NCBI GenBank assembly: GCA_965221775.1
Contig: CBDCSU010000006.1
Location: 288,001 to 352,000 of the forward strand
From: Candidatus Latescibacterota bacterium
Lineage (GTDB): Bacteria; Latescibacterota; UBA2968; UBA8231
Direction of reading: 5' to 3'
Length of the DNA stretch: 64,000 nt
Both the position numbers and the translations under genes were made by a program. Positions within the stretch are counted from its first letter, which is position 1, and each line of letters opens with the position of its first letter. Positions 57,664 to 64,000 of this stretch are shown in pieces. A model generated the notes under the pieces. The model made no database searches and had not been told where the DNA came from. It worked only from the letters and a program-made list of their open reading frames with translations.

Positions 57664-60063
57664 ATGTCCACCGAGCACTCCGCAGCCGATCCCGGCGCCT
57701 CCGACGCACCAACGGGTGTCCACCGTCTGGAAGACCTCCTTGCCCAGGTCGAAGGGCGCGGATACCAGCGCAACGGCCACGACGAGGTCCTGCAGCGCGC
57801 CGCCGACGCCCAGACCTATTACGGCGACAACGACCTGGCCATCGACGTGCTGCGCTCCAAGTACCTGGCGCCGGGGGAGACCGGGCCGCTGCAGATATGG
57901 GATCGCGTCGCCCGGGCCATGGCCTCTGTCGAGGCCGATCCCCAAGCCTGGTACGACCGCTTCTTCTCCCTGCTGATCGACTTCAAGTTCATCCCCGGGG
58001 GGCGGGTGATGCACGGCGCCGGCCGCGACGAGGCCAAGCGCAAGCCGACCCTGTCGAACTGCTACGTCATCCCCATACAGGAGGACAGCCTCGAGGGCAT
58101 CTACACCTGCCTCAAGGAGTCGGCCCTCGTCTACCGCACCGGAGGCGGCGTCGGCACGGACCTGTCGATCCTGCGGCCCAAGGGCGCGCCGGTGAACGCC
58201 ACCGTCGACCAGTCGCCGGGGTGCACGGCCTTCATGAACCTCCTGTCGGAGAGCACCAACGCCGTCTCCCAGGCCGGACGCCGGGGGGCGCTCATGCTCA
58301 CCCTGCGCGTTGACCATCCCGACATCCTCGACTTCATCACCATCAAGAACGACGCCAACCGCACCAAGGTGCAGTACGCCAACATCAGCGTGCTCATCAC
58401 CCACGAGTTCATGCAGGCCGTCATCGACGACACCGACTTCGACCTGCGCTGGAGCGGCAAGGTCTACCAGACGCTGAGGGCCCGCGACCTGTGGAACAAG
58501 ATCATCACCAACGCCCACGCCAGCGCCGAGCCCGGGATCATCTTCTGGGACACGATGCGGGAGTATCACAACGTCGAATACGCCAACCCGCTGGTGAGCA
58601 CCAACCCTTGCGGCGAACAGCCCCTGGCCTCGTACACGGCCTGCAACCTCGGCAACCTCAACCTGGCGAAGTTCGTCGGCGAGGACGGACAGATCGACTA
58701 CGAGGATCTGGCCGAGTCGGCCCGGGTGGCGACGCGGTTCCTCGACAACGTCATCGACTACAACATGCCCAACCACGCCCTCCCGAAGATCGAGGAAGCG
58801 GTGGCCTCCGACCGGCGCGTGGGGCTGGGCATCACGGGTCTGGCCGATGCCCTGGTGCTCATGGGCCTCAAGTACGACTCCGACGAGGCCCTCGGGGCGG
58901 TGGACAAGATCATGCGCACCATCTGCCACTGCGCGTACGAGACATCGATCGACATCGCCCGCGAGAAGGGCCCCTTCCCGCTCTTCGATTGGGAAGGGGT
59001 GTCCCGGAGCCGGTTCGTGCGGGACCTGCCGAGGGCGATGCAGGACCGCATCCGCGAGCACGGGCTGCGCAACTCCACCCTGATCACGGTGCCGCCGGTG
59101 GGGACCGGATCGATCGTCGCCCAGACCTCGTCCGGCGTGGAGCCGATCTTCTGCACCAGCTACAAGCGGCGCGTGAAGCAGGAGGACGGCGAGAGCTTCC
59201 GCGAATACAAGGTCTACCATCCCCTCGTGCGCGACCTCTTCGGCGACGACGAGAACCTGCCCGGCCATGTCGTGACCGCCCACGACATCGACCCCTACTT
59301 CCGTGTCCGCATGCAGGGCGCGATCCAGCGCTACACCGACAGCTCGATCTCGTCGACGATCAACCTGGCCGAGGAGACCTCGGTGGAGACGGTGGCCGAC
59401 ATCTACGTCACCGCCTACAAGGAGGGCCTGAAGGGCGTCACGGTGTACCGCGAGGGCTGCCGGCAGGGGATCCTGCAGACGGAGAAGCAGGAGGAGGAGC
59501 CTTCCGAGGCGGCGGAAGACGCCGCCGAGGGTGGAGCGGGCGCGCATCCGCGCCGGAGGCCGCCGGTCACCCGCGGCGTCACCGAGCGGGTGAGCACCGG
59601 CGAGGGCAACATCTTCGTCACGATCAACGAGGACGAGCACGGGATCTGCGAGATCTTCAGCACCATAGGGAAAGCGGGGGGCAATGCGGCGGCCCAGTCG
59701 GAGGCGATCAGCCGGTTGATCTCCATCGCCCTGCGCTCGGGCATCGATCCGCAGGAGATCATCGGTCAGCTCAAGGGGATCTCCGGACCGAACCCGGTGT
59801 GGGAGAACGGCGAGCTGATCCTGTCCACGCCGGACGCCATCGGCAGGGCCCTGGAGCGGTACCTGCACCGCCGGGACGGCGGCGACATCCCGCACCCCGT
59901 GCAAGGGGGCTCCCAGGCCGTCGAGAGGGGTCCGCGGGCCCCGGCGGGCGGGGGCGGTCCGGCGAGTCCGGCGAGCGTGGCCACCTGCCCCGAGTGCGGC
60001 TCCACCGTCTCCCACGAGGCCAGTTGCCTGACCTGCAAGCACTGCGGGTGGTCGAAGTGCTGA
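57664..60063 (+). CDS. nrdJ: Adenosylcobalamin-dependent (class II) ribonucleotide reductase
   Basis: PGGRV, LSNCYV, GGGVG, QAGRRGA, TNPCGEQ, PPVGT and KGVTVYR. C-terminal TSCPD-like domain and CxxC...CxxC ribbon. No beta-subunit gene is adjacent. Confidence 0.93.
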   Translation: MSTEHSAADPGASDAPTGVHRLEDLLAQVEGRGYQRNGHDEVLQRAADAQTYYGDNDLAIDVLRSKYLAPGETGPLQIWDRVARAMASVEADPQAWYDRFFSLLIDFKFIPGGRVMHGAGRDEAKRKPTLSNCYVIPIQEDSLEGIYTCLKESALVYRTGGGVGTDLSILRPKGAPVNATVDQSPGCTAFMNLLSESTNAVSQAGRRGALMLTLRVDHPDILDFITIKNDANRTKVQYANISVLITHEFMQAVIDDTDFDLRWSGKVYQTLRARDLWNKIITNAHASAEPGIIFWDTMREYHNVEYANPLVSTNPCGEQPLASYTACNLGNLNLAKFVGEDGQIDYEDLAESARVATRFLDNVIDYNMPNHALPKIEEAVASDRRVGLGITGLADALVLMGLKYDSDEALGAVDKIMRTICHCAYETSIDIAREKGPFPLFDWEGVSRSRFVRDLPRAMQDRIREHGLRNSTLITVPPVGTGSIVAQTSSGVEPIFCTSYKRRVKQEDGESFREYKVYHPLVRDLFGDDENLPGHVVTAHDIDPYFRVRMQGAIQRYTDSSISSTINLAEETSVETVADIYVTAYKEGLKGVTVYREGCRQGILQTEKQEEEPSEAAEDAAEGGAGAHPRRRPPVTRGVTERVSTGEGNIFVTINEDEHGICEIFSTIGKAGGNAAAQSEAISRLISIALRSGIDPQEIIGQLKGISGPNPVWENGELILSTPDAIGRALERYLHRRDGGDIPHPVQGGSQAVERGPRAPAGGGGPASPASVATCPECGSTVSHEASCLTCKHCGWSKC

Positions 60064-60110
60064 ACCGCAATCCCTTGTGAGCGCGAGCCGAATGGACTCG
60101 ATCGCCGGCG

Positions 60111-60147
60111 CGGCACCGTCACCCGGAGTGGCGGTGCCGTTGTCGTT
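60111..60147 (+). terminator. Hairpin/terminator between convergent nrdJ and MBL genes
   Basis: CGGCACCGTCAC-CCGGA-GTGGCGGTGCCG forms a 12-bp stem (one G-U), followed by TTGTCGTT. Confidence 0.55.
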
Positions 60148-60171
60148 CTGATGCCTCGGGTGGGTGCGGTG

Positions 60172-60930
60172 CTACGAGACCTCGAGGGTGAGGCCGTCGT
60201 ACGCCAGCTCCACCGCCGCCGGGAGGTAGTCGTTGGTCGCCTGGTGGTCGAGATCGTGGGCGATGTGGGTGAAGTAGGCCTGGCGCGGGGCCAGCTCGGC
60301 CACGACCTCGAGGGCTTCGTCCACGGTGAAGTGGGTGGGATGGCCCTTGTGACGCAACGCGCCGAGGACGAGGACGTCGAGACCGCGCAACTGGCTCATC
60401 GCTTCGTCGGGGATGGCGTTGCAGTCGGTCACGTAGGCGAACCGGCCGATGCGGAAGGCGAGCACGGGCAGCCGTCCGTGCATGACGGTCACCGGTTGGA
60501 TGCGCAGGCCGAAGAGCTCGAGTGCTCCCTCGATCGGATGGAGGGACATGCGCGGCACCGCCTGGGCCCAAGCCGAATCGAAGGCGTAGTCGAAGACGCG
60601 GGTTATGCGGTCGAGGGTGGGTCGGTCGCCGTAGACGGGGATCGGCTCGTCGCGCCCGAAGCAGTAGGAGCGCACGTCGTCGAGGCCGTGGAGGTGATCG
60701 GCATGCCCGTGGGTGAAGAGCACCGCGTCGACGCGCCGCAGGTCGTGGCGCAGCGCCTGGGTGCGCAGGTCGGGCGGCGTGTCGACCAGGATCGACCGGT
60801 GCAGGTGCTCGATGGCGATGGCGCACCGCAGGCGCTTGTTGCGCGGGTCGGTGGAGGTGCAGACCCCGCAGTCGCAGGCGATGCGAGGCACGCCGACGGA
60901 GGTGCCCGTGCCGAGGAAGGTGACGCGCAT
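60172..60930 (-). CDS. MBL-fold metallo-hydrolase (PhnP-like)
   Basis: FLGTGTS.GVP.I.C.C..C, DTPPD, THGHADHLHGLDD, YVTD and THIAH..AYDGL. Confidence 0.92.
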   Translation of the reverse strand: MRVTFLGTGTSVGVPRIACDCGVCTSTDPRNKRLRCAIAIEHLHRSILVDTPPDLRTQALRHDLRRVDAVLFTHGHADHLHGLDDVRSYCFGRDEPIPVYGDRPTLDRITRVFDYAFDSAWAQAVPRMSLHPIEGALELFGLRIQPVTVMHGRLPVLAFRIGRFAYVTDCNAIPDEAMSQLRGLDVLVLGALRHKGHPTHFTVDEALEVVAELAPRQAYFTHIAHDLDHQATNDYLPAAVELAYDGLTLEVS

Positions 60931-61772
60931 CAGGCTCTGTCCGCGGCGCCCTCGGGCGGGGCCTCCGCCCTTCCCGGGGTTTGCCTGCAGACCGGACGGG
61001 AGTCGGCGGTGGCCGTGGCCGCCATGTCCGGGGACAGGGTCAGCAGACTCGGTCCGTCCTCGGTGACAGCCACGGTGTGCTCGAAGTGGGCGGCGAAGGA
61101 ACCGTCCTTCGTGCGCGCGGTCCAGCCATCCTCGTCGACCACGATCCCGGATTGCCCGAGGCTGAAGATCGGCTCGATGGCGAGGACATGGCCCGCCCTC
61201 AGAGCGGGGCCGCGTCCCGGGGGCCCATGATTCGGCAGGTGGGGATCCTCGTGGAGGTGACGGCCGATGCCGTGGCCGCCGAACTCGCGAATGACGGAGA
61301 CGCCTCCCGCCGCGGCGGCGGACTCGATGGCGTGAGAGATGTCCGACAGGCGATTCCCGGGCCGGGCGGCGGCCACCCCCGACTCGAGGGCGGCCCGAGT
61401 CGTGTCCACCAGGCCTCGCACCGGCCGGTCCACCTGGCCGAGGGCGATGGTGAAGGCGCCGTCGCCGAACCACCCGTCGAGCTGCACGCCCACGTCGACG
61501 CAAAGCAGGTCGCCCGCTTGCAGAGGTTCGGGGCGCGGCAGGCCGTGCACCGCCTCGTCGTTGACGGAGGCGCAGATCGACGCGGGAAAGCCGTGATAGC
61601 CTTTGAAGGCCGGCTCCCCGCCCCGGTCGCGGATCGTGGCCTCCGCCAGCTCGTCGAGAAGGAGTGTGGACACACCGGGCGCAGCCGCGGCCTCGACAGC
61701 GGCCTGCACCTGGTGAACGACGGCGCAGGCCGCGCGGATCCCGTCGATTTCGCTGGGGCTGCGGCGATGCAA
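60930..61772 (-). CDS. map: Type I methionine aminopeptidase
   Basis: CASVND.AVHGLP, VDVG, GD, GHGIG..LHEDP, AIEP and HFEHT. All metal ligands are present. Confidence 0.93.
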   Translation of the reverse strand: MHRRSPSEIDGIRAACAVVHQVQAAVEAAAAPGVSTLLLDELAEATIRDRGGEPAFKGYHGFPASICASVNDEAVHGLPRPEPLQAGDLLCVDVGVQLDGWFGDGAFTIALGQVDRPVRGLVDTTRAALESGVAAARPGNRLSDISHAIESAAAAGGVSVIREFGGHGIGRHLHEDPHLPNHGPPGRGPALRAGHVLAIEPIFSLGQSGIVVDEDGWTARTKDGSFAAHFEHTVAVTEDGPSLLTLSPDMAATATADSRPVCRQTPGRAEAPPEGAADRA

Positions 61773-62043
61773 GCGCCTTGGTCCTGGTGGATGGAAGGGG
61801 TGACTTTCGAGGCGTTACCAAACACGGGGAGAGACCCCATCTCGTCAAGGAGGGTGCCCGCAATCGCGACAGCCGCGGGCGAGACCCGTCCCGGGAGAGG
61901 GCTCGGGCCCTCGTTGCGGATCACCCGGCCCCTGGTTATCTTGCGAGACCGGCGGCCCTGGGCGGGGCGCATTCGGCCCCGCCTCTCAGGGCCGCGTCCT
62001 TTTTCCTCCGAAACTCCGAACGAAGCGGATCTCGCAATCCTCC

Positions 62044-64000
62044 ATGGGTAAGTCACTCGTCGTCGTGGAGTCGCCGGCCAAGGCGACGACCATCAACAAG
62101 ATCCTCGGCCGCGACTTCATCGTGAAGTCGTGCATGGGGCACGTCCGCGATCTGCCGCCGAAGGAACTCGGCGTCGACGTGGACAAGGACTTCATGCCCC
62201 GCTACGTGACCATCCGCGGGAAGGGCAAGATCCTCACCGACCTCCGGCGGGCGGCGCAGAGGGCGGACACGATCTACCTGGCGACGGATCCCGACCGCGA
62301 GGGCGAGGCGATCGCCTGGCACGTGGCGCAGGCGATCTCGGGCAAGGAGGGCGAGGTCAAGCGGATCCTCTTCAACGAGATCACGCCCAAGGCGGTGCGG
62401 GAGTCGATCAACCGGTCCGGCGTCCTCGACCTGTGCAAGGTCAACGCCCAGCAGGCCCGGCGCGTCCTCGACCGCCTCGTGGGCTACGAGATCAGCCCCC
62501 TCCTGTGGAAGGTCATTCACGCCGGGCTGTCCGCCGGGCGGGTGCAGTCCGTCGCCCTGCGCCTGATCTGCGAGCGCGATGCCGAGATCGCCGCCTTCGA
62601 GCCCCAGGAGTACTGGTCGATCGACGCCCTCCTCGGCCACGCCACCGACGACGGCGAGGTCGCCTTCAAGTCGCGCCTGCTGCAGTACAAGGGCGAGAAG
62701 CTCGAGATCCCCGACCAGGAGGCGACCGACCGCATCACCGCGGCCCTGCGGGAATCGACCTTCACCGTCAAGTCGATCAAGCACCGCGAGCAGCGGCGGC
62801 GGGCAGCGCCTCCCTTCATCACCAGCACCCTGCAGCAGGAGGCGGCCCGCAAGCTGAGATTCTCGGTGAAACGCACCATGGCCGTGGCCCAGCAGCTCTA
62901 CGAGGGCATCGAGCTCGTGGGCGAGACGGTGGGGCTCATCACCTACATGCGCACCGACTCGGTGCGCGTCGCCGACGATGCGATCGCGGAGGTGCGGGCC
63001 GAGATCGGCACGCGCTTCGGCAAGGAGTACGTGCCCGGGAAGCCGAACGTCTACAAGACCCGCCGGGGCGCCCAGGACGCTCACGAGGCGATCCGCCCCA
63101 CCTCGGTGGAACGCTCTCCGGAGGAGATGAAGTCCCGCCTGTCCCCCGATCAATGGCGGCTCTACGAGCTGATCTGGAAGCGCTTCGTCGCCTCCCAGAT
63201 GGAACCCCAGGTGATGAACATCATCAGCGTCGACATCGCCGCCGGCCACTACCTGCTGCGGGCCACGGGGTCGCAGGTGAAGTTCCCCGGGTTCACCATC
63301 CTCTACACCGAGAGCAAGGAGGAGGAGGACGAGGAGGAGAGCACCCAGGTGCCCGCCGACCTGTCCGAGGGCGAGACCCTCGCCCTGAAGAAGCTGCTGC
63401 CCAGGCAGCACTTCACCAAGCCGCCGCCGCGCTACTCCGAGGCGTCGCTGGTGAAGGAGCTGGAGGCCAAGGGCATCGGCCGGCCGAGCACCTACGCCCA
63501 GATCATCTCCACCCTGCAGGACCGGGAGTACGTGGAGAAGATGGACAACCGCTACTTCGAGGCCACCGAGCGCGGCCAGACGGTCAACAAGCTCCTCGTG
63601 GCCACCTTCCCCAACATCTTCGACGTGGCCTTCACGGCGCGGATGGAGGACGAGCTCGACCGCATCGAGGACGGCCGCGAGGACTGGGTCGACTCGGTGC
63701 GCCAGTTCTACGGCTCGTGGAAGGGGTCCCTCGAGGAGGCCAACGCGCGCCGCAGGGAGCTGAAGCAGTCCCTCCAGGAGGAGACCGACATCCTCTGCCA
63801 GGAGTGCGGACGCAACATGGTCGTCAAGTGGGGCCGGAACGGCCGCTTCCTCGCCTGTCCGGGGTACCCGCAGTGCAAGAACACGAAGCCCCTGGAAGAA
63901 CAGCGCGAGCAGGCGGAGACCGACGAGATCTGCGACCGGTGCTCGAAGCCCATGGTCGTGAAGACGGGGCGCTACGGCCGCTTCCTCGCCTGCTCCGGGT
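62044..64000 (+). CDS. topA: DNA topoisomerase I, 3'-partial
   Basis: ATG 62044, SLVVVESPAKA, ATDPDREGEAI, SAGRVQS, LITYMRTDS, GIGRPSTY and C4 zinc ribbons. Runs off the window end. Confidence 0.97.
   Translation, partial: MGKSLVVVESPAKATTINKILGRDFIVKSCMGHVRDLPPKELGVDVDKDFMPRYVTIRGKGKILTDLRRAAQRADTIYLATDPDREGEAIAWHVAQAISGKEGEVKRILFNEITPKAVRESINRSGVLDLCKVNAQQARRVLDRLVGYEISPLLWKVIHAGLSAGRVQSVALRLICERDAEIAAFEPQEYWSIDALLGHATDDGEVAFKSRLLQYKGEKLEIPDQEATDRITAALRESTFTVKSIKHREQRRRAAPPFITSTLQQEAARKLRFSVKRTMAVAQQLYEGIELVGETVGLITYMRTDSVRVADDAIAEVRAEIGTRFGKEYVPGKPNVYKTRRGAQDAHEAIRPTSVERSPEEMKSRLSPDQWRLYELIWKRFVASQMEPQVMNIISVDIAAGHYLLRATGSQVKFPGFTILYTESKEEEDEEESTQVPADLSEGETLALKKLLPRQHFTKPPPRYSEASLVKELEAKGIGRPSTYAQIISTLQDREYVEKMDNRYFEATERGQTVNKLLVATFPNIFDVAFTARMEDELDRIEDGREDWVDSVRQFYGSWKGSLEEANARRRELKQSLQEETDILCQECGRNMVVKWGRNGRFLACPGYPQCKNTKPLEEQREQAETDEICDRCSKPMVVKTGRYGRFLACSG

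Overview
This is a gene-dense, high-GC bacterial chromosome segment. Gene content suggests an FCB-superphylum organism, probably Candidatus Latescibacterota-like (inference): three PhyH dioxygenases, an enolase-superfamily enzyme, a DUF5686-like protein, a TPR-ExbB-ExbD-ExbD-TonB cluster, and a secreted protein ending in 'AVESTTWARIKA'. The left half (1-38 kb) is accessory or catabolic. It holds PhyH dioxygenases, a cupin, an NhaC-type transporter, an orphan LivK-type binding protein, a serine hydrolase and a TPP enzyme. It also holds a ~1.15-kb degraded lower-GC insert flanked by an exact 30-bp direct repeat. A ~15-kb type VII (MacB/FtsX-like) ABC export operon follows, in which one adaptor and one ATPase serve three tandem, diverged permease pairs. 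That operon has a sigma-54 promoter, two palindromic enhancer sites and a downstream NtrC-type regulator/kinase pair. Next comes a WecA/MraY-SDR-kinase-nucleoside transporter cluster containing a 332-bp tandem duplication. The right half is core genome: pgsA-like, xseBA, ymdB, rny, zapA/zapB-like, pheTS, rplT, rpmI (no infC), surE, Omp85-like, bioY, accD, an ECF sigma factor, a TonB system, nrdR-nrdJ with two NrdR boxes, an MBL hydrolase, map and a partial topA. I did not recognise any tRNA, rRNA, CRISPR array, integrase or transposase. All product calls come from reading motifs; no database search was run.
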